DNA of 64,000 nucleotides from an uncultured delta proteobacterium (GCA_963787125.1 CAWBBV010000020.1:1-64000), one strand, 5' to 3'; counted from the stretch's first letter, positions 50,201 to 60,148 are shown. The notes: generated from the letters alone by a model not told the origin. Program-made: numbers and translations.

Positions 50201-53200
50201 ACCAGATAGTCGGGGTTGTTGGCGTTCAGGGTTACTCCGGCAATAAACGCTTCTCCCTGGTAGTTTACCGCTATGGCTACGGCTTCATCCTTTCTACCGC
50301 CGTCATATTCACTGGCCGAAAGGAAGGTCCCTTCAAAGTCGTAAATCAGCCCAAGGACGTCCGAGCTGGCATCAAATGCCGGGTCTGTATCCGGGCCGTT
50401 TCTGCTGTTGCCTGTAAGGTAGATATAGCCCGATGAGTCGATTGCCATGGCGGTCAGGTAGTCATATTTTGCCGGTCTGTCAAAGTTGCGCTCCCAGATG
50501 ATGCTGCCGTCTGCAGGGCTGTATCTGATGAGATGGAAGTCGCTGTCGGTGAGGGTGCGGTATGAGGTGCCGGCTACGATTATGGCGCCGTCCATGGGGT
50601 CGATCCCTATGGCTATCCCTTTATCGTTGCCGTTTACCGGTGCAGCGGGACCGTTGTAGTTTTTTCTCCAGAGTTCACGGTTTGGGGAGCTGTCGGCGCC
50701 GTCGTAGTTGATTGTGATCCATTCTTCGTTGCCATCCAAGTTGACGGAGGAGCCGGTGATGTAGATGTCTCCGCTGGTGTCAATTGCCAGGGAGAGGCCA
50801 TGATCATCGCCGTTGCCGGCGCCGGCGTAGGTTTGCGCCCAGATGAGTGCGCCGCTGGCACCGCTGTATTTGGCGGTGTAGATGTCGAAGTCGCCGGCGG
50901 CGTTTTCGGTGGAGCCGGTGATGAAGATGTCCCCTGTCTGGTCGATGGCTACGGCTGAGGGGTAGTCGTTGCCATGGGCGGGACCGTCATAGACGATGGG
51001 GGGCCAGGCGGTGGTGCCGTCGGGACGGTATTTGATGATGAACATGTCTTCGTCGTTATTGGTGTTGATGCCGTGACCAATGACTATTATGTTGTTGGCG
51101 CTGTCTTTTGCTGCCTGGATGGCGGTGGCCTGGTCTATGCCAGCCTGGGTGCCGTACTGCGCCCCCCAGGCTGCAAGGGGGCTGGTGAGGGGGTCGGTGT
51201 GCCCGGCTGAGCTGTATTTGATTGTGTAGAGGTCGTCACTTTTTTCTGAGCCGCCGGAAAGGTAGGCGGTGCCAGCAACAACTGCGTCGCCGTTGTTGTC
51301 CAAAGTTATGCCGGCAGCCATGTCGGTGCCGCCGTCACCGCTGTCGTAGGGGGCTTTCCATTTTATTGCTTTGGTGTCTTTATCAAGTTTTATGGTCATG
51401 TAGTCAAAGGAGTAAGCTCCTGTTACGCCTTCTTCTGTCAGGTCACTGAAGCCGGTAACTATGGGGTGGTTGTCACTGCCGACGACGATGCCGACAGCTT
51501 CGTCTTCTCTGTTGTCGGCGCCGTTGTACTGGTATATCCAGGCAGGTGGATCGTAGCTGACTATTTTTGTGAGGGCGTGGGCTTCGCTGCTGTAGTAGCT
51601 GTCGCCGTTGGTGGCGTTGTTGCTTCTGATCCGGTAGTAGTAGTAGCTGTTGGGGGTGAGGCTGCTGTCAGCGTAGGTTGTTACATTTGCGGCGACGGTG
51701 GCAATCTGGGTGTAGTCGCCACTTTCACCAAGCTTTCTTTCTATTTTGAAGGTTGTTTCGTTGGTGGAGTTATCCAGCCAGTTCAGGGTGGTGGTGCTGT
51801 TGGAGGTTGCTGTTACGCTGAGTCCGCTGGGGGGGTCGAGTCTGCCGTAGTCGTATCTGACTACTACGAAGTCGTAGGAGGTGGCGCTTGTGTCTGTCCA
51901 GCCGGCAATTACGGGGTCGCCGCTAAGACCAAGGGCTATGCCGACCGGTCTGGCACTTTTGTTGGTGGTGCTTTGGTAGTTTTTTTGCCAGATGAGTTCA
52001 CCGCTGCTTTTTTTGTATTTGAGGGTGGTGAAGTTTTCGTTGATGTTGGTGGCGGTGTAGCCGGTGACGTAGATGTCGCCCTCTGCTCCGGGGCTGCCGA
52101 TGATGGCGGTTGCTATGTCGGTGTAGTCGCTGCCGGAGTCGTAGATTCTGTCCCAGATTTTGACGCCGTCGGTTGAGGCGTAGCGGACGGTGTAGAAGTC
52201 TTCGTTGCCTGAGTAGGTGTAGGTGTGGCCGGTAAGGTAGATTTCGTCGTTTGTGTCCAGCCAGAGGGCAAGAGGTTCGTCGTTGCCGCCGCCGGCGTAT
52301 GCTTTTTCCCAGAGTGCGGTTCCTGGCGCGGCGGCTGCGTATTTGGCGGTGTAGATGTCGTTGTTCTGGCCGTTGTAGAGGTAACCGGAGATTATTACGC
52401 TGCCGGTTGAGTCTATTTTGACGGTTCGACCACGGTCGTCGCCGCCGGTTGGGGAGGCTTTGCGCTGTTCCCAGATGAGGGTACCGTCAAAGCCGTGTTT
52501 GCGGGTGAGGATGTCGAAGTCGGTGCCCCCTTTTGAGGAGATGCCGGTTACGGCTATGCCGTCGAGGCCGGCGGCTATGGAGAGGATGCGGTCGTTACTG
52601 TTGTAGCTGGAGTTGTAGATATCCTGCCAGGCGGGGGTTGTGCCGGCCGCCGGGTATTTGAGGATGAGGTAGTCGTCGTTGCCGTTTGTGTTGGCGGTGT
52701 AGCCGGCGATGTAGATGTTGCCGCCGGTGTCAATTGCTATGGAGGTGGCGATATCGGCTCCGCCGGCGGCTCCGCTCCAGGTGTGCTGCCAGAGGACGCT
52801 GCCGTCGACGCCGCTGTATTTGATGGTGTGGATGTCTGTGTTTGAGCCGTTCCAGACGGTGCCGGTGACGATGACATTGTCGGCGCTGTCTATTGCTACG
52901 GCGGTGGCCTGGTCGTCGCCACCGCTTTTGTCAAATGTGGACCGCCAGGCTATGCCGCTGCCGTCGGCTCTGAATTTTACGGTGTGGTAGTTGTTGTTCA
53001 TGCCGCCCGCATTTGCGTAGCCGGTGACGATGATGTTGCCGCTACTGTCGGTGGCCATTGCTTTTGCTTCCTGTTTTAAGGCAAGGGCGTCTGTTACCGG
53101 AAAAGGGGCGATGAGGTCGCCGCCTTTGGCGTGGGCAGAGCCTGGCAAAACTATGCTCAGGCAGAGTAGCAAAAGAGCTGTGTTGGCTTTTGCCTTTTCA

Positions 53201-53229
53201 ATTAAGCTATATATGAAGTTACGGCTCAT
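47206..53229 (-). CDS. Giant secreted protein: two beta-propeller repeat blocks plus many FN3 domains
   Basis: Signal peptide (likely ATG 53229 after GGAGA); repeats D.A..IAID..GNIYITG...D..TIKY; multiple FN3 (L.W...GY..ER...Y.D.GL...Y.YRV). Confidence 0.85.
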   Translation of the reverse strand: MSRNFIYSLIEKAKANTALLLLCLSIVLPGSAHAKGGDLIAPFPVTDALALKQEAKAMATDSSGNIIVTGYANAGGMNNNYHTVKFRADGSGIAWRSTFDKSGGDDQATAVAIDSADNVIVTGTVWNGSNTDIHTIKYSGVDGSVLWQHTWSGAAGGADIATSIAIDTGGNIYIAGYTANTNGNDDYLILKYPAAGTTPAWQDIYNSSYNSNDRILSIAAGLDGIAVTGISSKGGTDFDILTRKHGFDGTLIWEQRKASPTGGDDRGRTVKIDSTGSVIISGYLYNGQNNDIYTAKYAAAAPGTALWEKAYAGGGNDEPLALWLDTNDEIYLTGHTYTYSGNEDFYTVRYASTDGVKIWDRIYDSGSDYTDIATAIIGSPGAEGDIYVTGYTATNINENFTTLKYKKSSGELIWQKNYQSTTNKSARPVGIALGLSGDPVIAGWTDTSATSYDFVVVRYDYGRLDPPSGLSVTATSNSTTTLNWLDNSTNETTFKIERKLGESGDYTQIATVAANVTTYADSSLTPNSYYYYRIRSNNATNGDSYYSSEAHALTKIVSYDPPAWIYQYNGADNREDEAVGIVVGSDNHPIVTGFSDLTEEGVTGAYSFDYMTIKLDKDTKAIKWKAPYDSGDGGTDMAAGITLDNNGDAVVAGTAYLSGGSEKSDDLYTIKYSSAGHTDPLTSPLAAWGAQYGTQAGIDQATAIQAAKDSANNIIVIGHGINTNNDEDMFIIKYRPDGTTAWPPIVYDGPAHGNDYPSAVAIDQTGDIFITGSTENAAGDFDIYTAKYSGASGALIWAQTYAGAGNGDDHGLSLAIDTSGDIYITGSSVNLDGNEEWITINYDGADSSPNRELWRKNYNGPAAPVNGNDKGIAIGIDPMDGAIIVAGTSYRTLTDSDFHLIRYSPADGSIIWERNFDRPAKYDYLTAMAIDSSGYIYLTGNSRNGPDTDPAFDASSDVLGLIYDFEGTFLSASEYDGGRKDEAVAIAVNYQGEAFIAGVTLNANNPDYLVMKQKHDYILVPAPFLLSPQGDYGQINLHWQNNTPGTSFLVERTQGPVLPGSEWVTLATASPGTTNLSDTGLSAGTNYCYRIYAFSGSLNSRTVVRCANTTLAAPILNPLNVNSATRITLAWNQVPENTGYKVERKIGGGIWSEIALTSADITSYADAGLSPGTIYSYRVSSRNGSGYSSPSNEQAAPSLSTAPVMAAIGAVTINSVVLNWSNVEGETGYRLERREGLGGVWGEVTTTLSEVTTYTDAGLAANTQYYYRVTAYNVSGNSEYSAEKPVMTSFTSPTLLSATGSATDKIILSWTNVPGNTGYTILEAYCGYSNNPNDTLYCIPSNYSNPAIWSQSFTAGTTSADVVTYTVADRSSGYAYAYSVIANTTGNSSTPSNIISAWTYMTPPVLTVSPASETSLTVSWGNINAASNYTLERKLGVTGTYADLPGASGMPVDASSFTDAGLLQETQYCYRIKAYSVLENNPPPLVTSNEKCLFTPLPAPVLNDLAVVSSTQINLSWTNIPGNTGYEIKRCNAGYADYPEYVGYYGNNPANDYWFWSCNPPVSVPQDSVSFQDTTSLYPGYTYRYQIRDIFPGGTSAFSATKDTITKPTAPTLTAVPASTTQINLNWNNVEGENGYKLEWKARSGADCITGVWSEPILIGENTTSYQHGGLTVGTHYCFRLKAYNIYTESAYSNELFQTTSLDPPTLEPLTGVTGSQIVLTWNNVTGNTGYRIERKVTAVGGWGTVYTTASDAITYTDTVLSAGTVYFYRVSTNNAGGSSLPGNEQSTTTTPATAIINTTAISSARVDLSWQLVFGATNYKIERKEGAGNYSEITNIPLTYAENYCGNSFATIGCPSLSPVRTEYRNTGLTENTTYCYKLKTWNISGGDSVYSDEKCATSMNVPDQNLVATALNSFKIKLDWSPISCSPVACGTPEGYEVERLIRDGNWVNIATVGAIETTFTDRIGIDSLKQYNYRVRSFSGGSKSPYTSAVAYTPPYATGDNVGP

Positions 53230-53255
53230 TTTTTCTCTCCACGTCTTGTTTGCGT

Positions 53256-56200
53256 TTACCATGGCGTCACGTTATTCCAGATCTGGTTATCCGGCCAGGA
53301 GCTTGTACCGTTTTCAGTGGTTCCACCGTGACAGTTTGTAAAATTGTATTGTATCGGGGTAGCTAAGTAGCCGGAAGGGAACGTTCCGTAACGCATGAAT
53401 CTGAACCCGCCGGTAGTTTTCACATCTGGCCTGCCTCCTGCGGCAACACCGCCGCGATGTTTATATGCAAGACAGTCGGTCTGCATCAAGCGTGGCAGGC
53501 CTGAATTATGTGGTTGATGGCATTTGGAGCATGTATAAGCATGTTCCGCATTACTGCCCCAACCCTTGACCGATTCATGGATTCGATCAACAGACTTGAA
53601 AGGAGTATTTTTGTTGATACCGTCGGTCAAATTCAGCTTCGGATGACAGTTGAGACATAAAGTTGCAAATTGTTGATCTGTTTCATTTATCTTTGCCCCG
53701 TTAAAGGTTGTACGATCTGTTCGCCACCGGAGATTGGGCTGGGAGACCACATCCCTATTTCCGTTTCCGGTAATTTCGGGGCTGTCTTCCTTGTACGGCG
53801 ATGTCAGCCAACTCCCTTTCAGGAGTGGTACGGCATACTGCTGATTATCACCGAGCGTTCTGGAAACTCCGTGTGGATCGTGGCAGGGGGTGCAGAGGCC
53901 ATTAACCTGTGATGAGTAAGGCACTATCTGGTAGCCGTCACTGGCAGCAACAACCGCACTAAATGGATCAACCAGAGTAACTGTGTCGGCAGTATTCGAG
54001 GCTATCTTTCTCAGCTGGCCGACGTTTACTCCGCCGGTCATCAGGACATAAAGATTCTTCCACTTATCGGCTACCCAGCTTTTACTGCTGTCGGTAAGCG
54101 TATTACTGCTGCCGCCGCTGACACTGCCGCTCTCTTTAGCCAGATGAGGTAGTGCGCCGGCAGGCTCAGAGGCTTTCAGGTGGCCGCCGACTATGGTCTT
54201 CATGATGTCCCGCTCGCTGTAGCGAGCGGTGGAGGCTTTGGTCCCCTGGCCGAATCTGGTTGTATCCTTGTAACCCATTATCGGTGCAGTTGCGCCAAAT
54301 GTGGAGGTGTAACCCCACGGAGTCTTACCGTTAGGGGTGGTAGTGCCACTTGTCGCACTGTTATGACAGTCAAAGCATTGGCCGGCGCCAGCACCGTAAG
54401 GGTTAACGCCGGACGTGTTGGCTGATGCCTTGTAATCAAAGGTGTAACCACCGATATTCTGTTTGGTCTCCTTAAGATTGCCACCGTTATTTGTGCCGTT
54501 AAAAGTGGTGTAGCTGGTTGTTGTACCGACTACCTTGGAACCGTGGGAATTATGACAGTCAAAGCACTGGACATTCTGTGTCCCGGCAGCCCCTCTTGAC
54601 AGAGTTATGGCACCGTCATAACCGGTCGTGCTGCTCCAGCCACCCTGATTTGAAACCGCGTTGCCATGGGCTGAGAAGGCTTTTGAAATGGTATCCTTTT
54701 TATTGGCATTTGCGTATGTCGTAGAATTGTATTTACCCCATGCTGTTGTGGCGCCAGGCTGAGCGTAGCGCGAACCGACACTCTGGTAATCCCACGCATA
54801 CTGACGTGGCGTCCTGAAATCATCGAACGGCTTACTGTAATTATTCTGGTCGCTGTGACAGGAAAGGCAGTGGTTGGATATTTTCCCGACCTCGGTCCGC
54901 TCGCCTGCTGTGCCAATATTCGCGGCCATGAAGCTGGTGACCGTCGCTCTGCCGGTAACTGTTGAGTACTGCCTGTATTCAGTCGGCCGCTGTCCGGGAC
55001 TCCAGACTACCAGATCAACATAGTCATTCTTCACCGATGAGTAGGTCTTGTAATTGTAACCGGTGTGATACCTGACATCGATGAGTCCTTCCGAAGTTGC
55101 TTCCCAGTGACAGGCATAGCAGTGCTTGTTAGTTACATCCACCCCCTGAACATGGTGAGAGTTTGACCTCATCTGCCCCATCACGTCCATCCGCTTGCCA
55201 ACTGTGCCGGAGTGACATTTGGTGCAGTCACGGGGCAGACCGAAAGCGGTATGCTTTGGTATCGGCTTATTGCTGGTGTGGCAACTGTTACAGGCCTGCT
55301 TGTTGGCATGGCTGTCGGCAAAGCGGTGCTCATGGCAGGTGGTGCAGACGCGGGTGTAGTTGTGGCCGTCGCCGGAGCTGCTTGTATAGTGTTTGCTGTC
55401 AGGCGAGTGACAGACATTGCAGATGCCGTCAAACGGGGCAGTTTTACGGGCGTAGCTGGTGCCTGAGACCTTATCCGTAAAAGTTACATCTGCCCGGGTT
55501 TTAGGTATGCCGAACTTGCCGTCTGTAGTTGTGGCGACCTTCTTCTGAATCATATAGATATTGCTGTCGCCATGGGGGTCATGGCAGTCCCAGCAGAACT
55601 TGCCCCCTTTCCAGGTGCCCATGACCTTGCCGTTGCCATCTTTTGTCCAGCCACCGGATGTTGTAAAAGCGCGATAATGTTTGTAACCGAAATGGGCCGA
55701 GGTTGCTCTGGCTTTTTTCGGTTTGATAAAGCCGGTGCCCGGATTAAAGCCGAGGGAGTATTTAAGCGGATTGTCAGATGGAGCGGTATGGCACTCGGTG
55801 CACTGGCCGCCGCTATCATCATCGTGACACTGCAGGCAGACCCCCATCATCATATACTGGTTCTTGACATCTGCTTTTTGCTCGACGGTCCAGACACCCG
55901 AGTTGGTGTTATGCCCCTTGTGGGCTCCGCTTAAAAAAGCGCCACTGTCAGAATCATGGCAGCTCCCGGCGGTCAGACAACCGCTGGTTGCGGTATGGGC
56001 CGTATATCTGGTTTCAGTAGAGCCATTTTGCAGTTTGAAAATGATCCCGCTGCCCGTCGCCTGGGGAGCAAGTGATTCAGTCTGGTCAACATGACAGGCA
56101 ATACACTCCTCTGCGGTTCGCTCCATGTGACAGTAAACGCACTCTTTTTCAAAGCGTCTCTCATATTGATGGTGCATCTGGAGTCGATACGGGTTAGCAG

Positions 56201-58085
56201 CATTATTATGTAGCACACTGTTGTCATGGCAGTACCAGCAAGGGTTGCCAGGAAAATTGGCGGCAGGATTACCGGATGCAGGATAGCGTCCGGCGGTGGA
56301 GAATCTGCCATGACCGGTTGTCTCCCACTCATACTGGTTTATTTTTGCCCGTTGGCCGTTGAATGCGGCGAAATCGTCTACATCAGGCCCGGTTGTTCTA
56401 TGGCAGCCAAGGCAGGTAATGGCACTGTTGACTGAGCCACCCCAGACAGGGTCAGTGCCGGAAATATGGCAGCCGACCCCGGTGCCTGAACATGTTTTAG
56501 TGGTGCTGTTGTAGGTTGCTGCCGGGTTAAAAAAGGCGACATCTTTACGCTTATTGACATGATTAGCGCCGTTAAGATGTGACACCTCACTCATGCTGCC
56601 TGACGGAATACCTGCGGCGTGACAGGTGGTGCAGGCTCCATTGACAACGGTCTCCGCATGACAGATATCACAGGTAAAATTGGTCTGGGCATGCCTTGCG
56701 TGGGAGTTGGCTCTTGGCGTACCCGGCCCCATATTGGGGAACATCGGCATGGCTCCCATCCATTCGCTTCCGGAAGACCAGCCGGTTTTTACGGCCCAGA
56801 GCTTGCCGGTGATTGAATCCACTCGGCCATCGTGACAGTTTGTAGATGAACAGCTGCCGATCGGGTGGCCATGACAGGTGTTACAAGCGGTTTTCGGTTC
56901 TGTCCAGGCAAAGGGGCGAACTACGTCCGGGTCGGTTGTACCGTCACTATGGCAATAAACATTGTTACAAATCTTGCCGACAGGATCATATGAGGCTGCC
57001 GGGCGATTGTTCAGATTCCAGTCCGGGTGCATAACTATGTTTTTCTCGCCATTGACATGCTTTGTCTTGTCGAGAATTGTTCCTGCTGCATCTGTGGTTG
57101 CATAGTGACAGTAGTTACACGGGTACTTCCTGATCCACTGGGGTCCGACCAGGCGGTGATGCCCGTTCGATGTCATGGTAAGGTCCGGAGTGCAATAGCC
57201 GCGAGCAGCGCTCCAGACGCCGAATCCGCCACAGTTACCAAGAGAGCTGTCTGTTGTTCGCCCTCTGTGGCAGGTAAAACAATCAGTGGTTTTACTGTCC
57301 GACCAGGTTAACGTTTTAACCGGTGAGCCACCTCGACCGTCACTGTGGCAGTAAGTGTCGGTGCAACTGCCATTTCTGGCAGGATTAAGGCGTGGCAGAT
57401 AGTCAGGATAGTTTGTAGTGCCACCTGAATAGGTTCCGCCATTATTAGGCGTAGTCGTAAACTGAATTTTCAGCCCTCTTTTCCCTGCTCCTGATGCATG
57501 GGAAAAAATATTAGCTTCAGCAAGGTGATTCATGTGACATTTTGCACAGGAATCAGTAGCTGTCCCGAAATAATCACCGTGCTTTTTTCCATGACTTCCG
57601 TCAGATGGCGGAGCTGTGTGACAGGACGAACAGTTTAAGATCGTTGGGGAATCACCCCAGGTCAAGGTCTCTTTCTCAAAGTGGCAGTTAACATTCGTAC
57701 ACCCTCCAAGTAGCGGAGTTGCAGTCTGTGGCCAGGCTGAAGTGCTGTTTCGATATGTTGTCTTTAACTGAGAATGGTTGACATTGGCTGAAACCTTTAT
57801 CATGCCGTTGCGGTGCGCAGAGCTGTAATTGCGGCTCCCTTGATGGCACTTTTCGCAATTCCCCGGGGTAGCACCCACTGACACATGGGTTCTATGGCTA
57901 CCGATAAATCCACCGCTGCTGACATTTCTATAAGCAGCATCTACGGGACGGATGTCCATGGAACTTCTTGTTCCGTGGCAATCGTAACATTTAAGAGCGG
58001 CTATGGAAATTGTCGGGGTAACGAATATAACGAGGAATAAAGCAAAAGCAGACTTCTTGCTCAGCATTAGTTTCAGGAATTTCAT
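53256..58085 (-). CDS. Giant multiheme c-type cytochrome (Geobacter CX4CH/CXXCH type)
   Basis: Manual count: 27 CXXCH, 4 CX4CH, 1 CX5CH, 1 CX6CH; N-terminal signal. Confidence 0.93.
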   Translation of the reverse strand: MKFLKLMLSKKSAFALFLVIFVTPTISIAALKCYDCHGTRSSMDIRPVDAAYRNVSSGGFIGSHRTHVSVGATPGNCEKCHQGSRNYSSAHRNGMIKVSANVNHSQLKTTYRNSTSAWPQTATPLLGGCTNVNCHFEKETLTWGDSPTILNCSSCHTAPPSDGSHGKKHGDYFGTATDSCAKCHMNHLAEANIFSHASGAGKRGLKIQFTTTPNNGGTYSGGTTNYPDYLPRLNPARNGSCTDTYCHSDGRGGSPVKTLTWSDSKTTDCFTCHRGRTTDSSLGNCGGFGVWSAARGYCTPDLTMTSNGHHRLVGPQWIRKYPCNYCHYATTDAAGTILDKTKHVNGEKNIVMHPDWNLNNRPAASYDPVGKICNNVYCHSDGTTDPDVVRPFAWTEPKTACNTCHGHPIGSCSSTNCHDGRVDSITGKLWAVKTGWSSGSEWMGAMPMFPNMGPGTPRANSHARHAQTNFTCDICHAETVVNGACTTCHAAGIPSGSMSEVSHLNGANHVNKRKDVAFFNPAATYNSTTKTCSGTGVGCHISGTDPVWGGSVNSAITCLGCHRTTGPDVDDFAAFNGQRAKINQYEWETTGHGRFSTAGRYPASGNPAANFPGNPCWYCHDNSVLHNNAANPYRLQMHHQYERRFEKECVYCHMERTAEECIACHVDQTESLAPQATGSGIIFKLQNGSTETRYTAHTATSGCLTAGSCHDSDSGAFLSGAHKGHNTNSGVWTVEQKADVKNQYMMMGVCLQCHDDDSGGQCTECHTAPSDNPLKYSLGFNPGTGFIKPKKARATSAHFGYKHYRAFTTSGGWTKDGNGKVMGTWKGGKFCWDCHDPHGDSNIYMIQKKVATTTDGKFGIPKTRADVTFTDKVSGTSYARKTAPFDGICNVCHSPDSKHYTSSSGDGHNYTRVCTTCHEHRFADSHANKQACNSCHTSNKPIPKHTAFGLPRDCTKCHSGTVGKRMDVMGQMRSNSHHVQGVDVTNKHCYACHWEATSEGLIDVRYHTGYNYKTYSSVKNDYVDLVVWSPGQRPTEYRQYSTVTGRATVTSFMAANIGTAGERTEVGKISNHCLSCHSDQNNYSKPFDDFRTPRQYAWDYQSVGSRYAQPGATTAWGKYNSTTYANANKKDTISKAFSAHGNAVSNQGGWSSTTGYDGAITLSRGAAGTQNVQCFDCHNSHGSKVVGTTTSYTTFNGTNNGGNLKETKQNIGGYTFDYKASANTSGVNPYGAGAGQCFDCHNSATSGTTTPNGKTPWGYTSTFGATAPIMGYKDTTRFGQGTKASTARYSERDIMKTIVGGHLKASEPAGALPHLAKESGSVSGGSSNTLTDSSKSWVADKWKNLYVLMTGGVNVGQLRKIASNTADTVTLVDPFSAVVAASDGYQIVPYSSQVNGLCTPCHDPHGVSRTLGDNQQYAVPLLKGSWLTSPYKEDSPEITGNGNRDVVSQPNLRWRTDRTTFNGAKINETDQQFATLCLNCHPKLNLTDGINKNTPFKSVDRIHESVKGWGSNAEHAYTCSKCHQPHNSGLPRLMQTDCLAYKHRGGVAAGGRPDVKTTGGFRFMRYGTFPSGYLATPIQYNFTNCHGGTTENGTSSWPDNQIWNNVTPW

Positions 58086-58167
58086 CTTTAACCTTCCAGT
58101 TTACGTTATTCAATTTTAGAACATGTCAATTACAAGCCACTAATACCATATGACCAAATTTGCATAA

Positions 58168-58183
58168 TGCAATAAGTAAGCCT
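58168..58183 (-). promoter_or_regulatory. Possible sigma54 promoter of the cytochrome-FN3 operon
   Basis: Minus strand AGGCTTACTTATTGCA (GG-N10-GC, TTGCA -12). Confidence 0.4.
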
Positions 58184-58317
58184 TAATATTTTAATTAGCG
58201 GGCTGATCATTACTGCCAATATATATTCGCTCGCATATCAGTTTCCGTTATGGATTTGCACTTGCAGTAACTGCGATAAGATTCTAATATCCGGAAAAAT
58301 CAGAAGCGGGGTAGACA

Positions 58318-58548
58318 ATGAAGCAGGCAAGTAGCATCAAACTCGGAATAGCAGCACTTGTTGTTTATATCTTCGGAGGGCTTGGTATTTTTGGAGGTAT
58401 CTGGCTGATTGTTTTCAGGAGAGGGGTTGATATACTGGGATTGGGACATGGCCACACAATAGGCTATCTGTTGCTTTGTGTCGGTGCAGCCTTGTCAATA
58501 CTTGGCGTCATACTTATGAGAATATTCAGAAACCGCGGTCTTGCATGA
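58318..58548 (+). CDS. Small two-TM membrane protein
   Basis: Two hydrophobic Gly-rich segments, basic C-terminus. Confidence 0.75.
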   Translation: MKQASSIKLGIAALVVYIFGGLGIFGGIWLIVFRRGVDILGLGHGHTIGYLLLCVGAALSILGVILMRIFRNRGLA

Positions 58549-58602
58549 AAGAGTGAGGATAAAAATAAAGGCGCTCACAAAAAGGAGCGCCTGATAGCTT
58601 TC

Positions 58603-59643
58603 TTATGGATAGACAGGCATCAAATCCAACCCCATCGTCTCCGGGAAATCACAAACAATATTCATATTCTGTACCGCCTGCCCTGAGGCGCCCTTAACCA
58701 GATTATCTATTGCCGAAACAATAATTATCCGGCCGGTACGCTTATCGACAGTTATGCCGATATCACAAAAATTGCTCCCGCGGACAAATGCGGTTGAGGG
58801 GAATTCACCCTGCGGCAGAACCCTCACAAAAGCCTCTCCATCATAATGCTCTTCATAAAGTGCATGAATATCCGCTATTGTGATGGAGTTGACTGGCACA
58901 GCATAAATAGTCGACAAAATCCCTCTATCCATAGGAACAAGATGAGGTGTAAACGAGATAACCGTCTTTTTGCCGGCAAGCAGTGATATCTCCTGCTCAA
59001 TTTCAGGGATGTGCCGGTGAACACCGCCGACCCCGTAAGCCTTGAACCCTTCATTCACCTCACAATAGAGGCTCTCGACCTTTGCCCCCCTGCCAGCACC
59101 TGAGACACCTGACTTTGAATCAGCAATTATCGACGCTGTATCTATCAACCCCTCTTTCAAAAGCGGCATGAGACCAAGGATAATGCTGGTCGGGTAACAG
59201 CCAGGATTTGCAACCAGACGGGCGGCAGCAATCTCCTCTCTACGCACTTCAGGCAGGCCATACACTGCTTCACCGAGCAGTTCAGGATTTAGATGAGGCT
59301 CGTACCAGGCAGCATACTCATTTTGATCATGGAGCCGGTAATCAGCGGAGAGATCAATAACAACTTTCCCTGCGGCAAGAAAAGTCGGCACAACCGTCAT
59401 AGCAGCCTTATGTGGTAAGGCTGTGAATATAACATCAGCCTTTGCAGCCAATCTTTCCGGATCAAGCGCTTCCAACACAGTGTCGTAGCGGTTTCTCAGT
59501 GAGGGGAAGACATCTGACAACCGCTTCCCGGCGCTCTGTTCTGAAGTGACCGAGGTAACTGCAACCTCCGGATGATTATGGAGAATCCGGATCAGTTCGA
59601 CGCCGGTATAACCACTGGCTCCGACAACAGCAACTTTCAACAT
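58603..59643 (-). CDS. argC: N-acetyl-gamma-glutamyl-phosphate reductase
   Basis: [34 protein letters not shown]. Confidence 0.97.
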   Translation of the reverse strand: MLKVAVVGASGYTGVELIRILHNHPEVAVTSVTSEQSAGKRLSDVFPSLRNRYDTVLEALDPERLAAKADVIFTALPHKAAMTVVPTFLAAGKVVIDLSADYRLHDQNEYAAWYEPHLNPELLGEAVYGLPEVRREEIAAARLVANPGCYPTSIILGLMPLLKEGLIDTASIIADSKSGVSGAGRGAKVESLYCEVNEGFKAYGVGGVHRHIPEIEQEISLLAGKKTVISFTPHLVPMDRGILSTIYAVPVNSITIADIHALYEEHYDGEAFVRVLPQGEFPSTAFVRGSNFCDIGITVDKRTGRIIIVSAIDNLVKGASGQAVQNMNIVCDFPETMGLDLMPVYP

Positions 59644-59698
59644 ATATTCTCCTTAGAGCCTGCCATAACCGTTCAGCTTAAACAATCCACCTACTAAA

Positions 59699-59735
59699 AC
59701 GAAAAAGGGACACCGCATGCGGAATCCCTTTTCGT
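59699..59735 (-). terminator. Terminator-like hairpin after rpsI
   Basis: Minus strand ACGAAAAGGGATTCCGCATGCGGTGTCCCTTTTTCGT followed by TTT. Confidence 0.65.
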
Positions 59736-59755
59736 AACGAAACATTGCTGTTCGA

Positions 59756-60148
59756 TTAGCGTTTGGAGAACTGGAAGCTCGCTCTTGCAGCTTTTTTGCC
59801 ATATTTCTTTCGCTCTTTAACTCGTGAGTCACGGGTTATAAAGCCAGCAGCTTTGAGCGGTGCACGATACGTAGCATCCACTTCAAGAAGAGCCTTGGTG
59901 ATTCCGTGCTTGATCGCACCGGCCTGACCTGAGTCGCCACCACCCTTGACAGTTACATAGATGTCGAATTTACCAACATTCTCGGTAAGCTCAAGCGGCT
60001 GACGAATGACCATTTTCGAGGTTTCACGCCCGAAATAAGCATCAATGGTCTTGCTGTTAACAGTGATAACGCCTGTACCGGCTGTAAGCCAGACACGTGC
60101 TATTGAAGATTTTCTTTTGCCGGTACCGTAATATTTGGTTGCTGCCAT
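59756..60148 (-). CDS. rpsI: 30S ribosomal protein S9
   Basis: [13 protein letters not shown]...[11 protein letters not shown]...ERKKYG...FQFSKR. Confidence 0.99.
   Translation of the reverse strand: MAATKYYGTGKRKSSIARVWLTAGTGVITVNSKTIDAYFGRETSKMVIRQPLELTENVGKFDIYVTVKGGGDSGQAGAIKHGITKALLEVDATYRAPLKAAGFITRDSRVKERKKYGKKAARASFQFSKR

Noticed and set aside
50400..53100. Possible diversity-generating retroelement (AAC-rich coding strand) and the 236-aa Val/Gly-rich ORF at 51466-52176
   Set aside because: No reverse transcriptase and no TR/VR pair differing at adenines was seen; the plus-strand ORF is a by-product of the A-poor composition.
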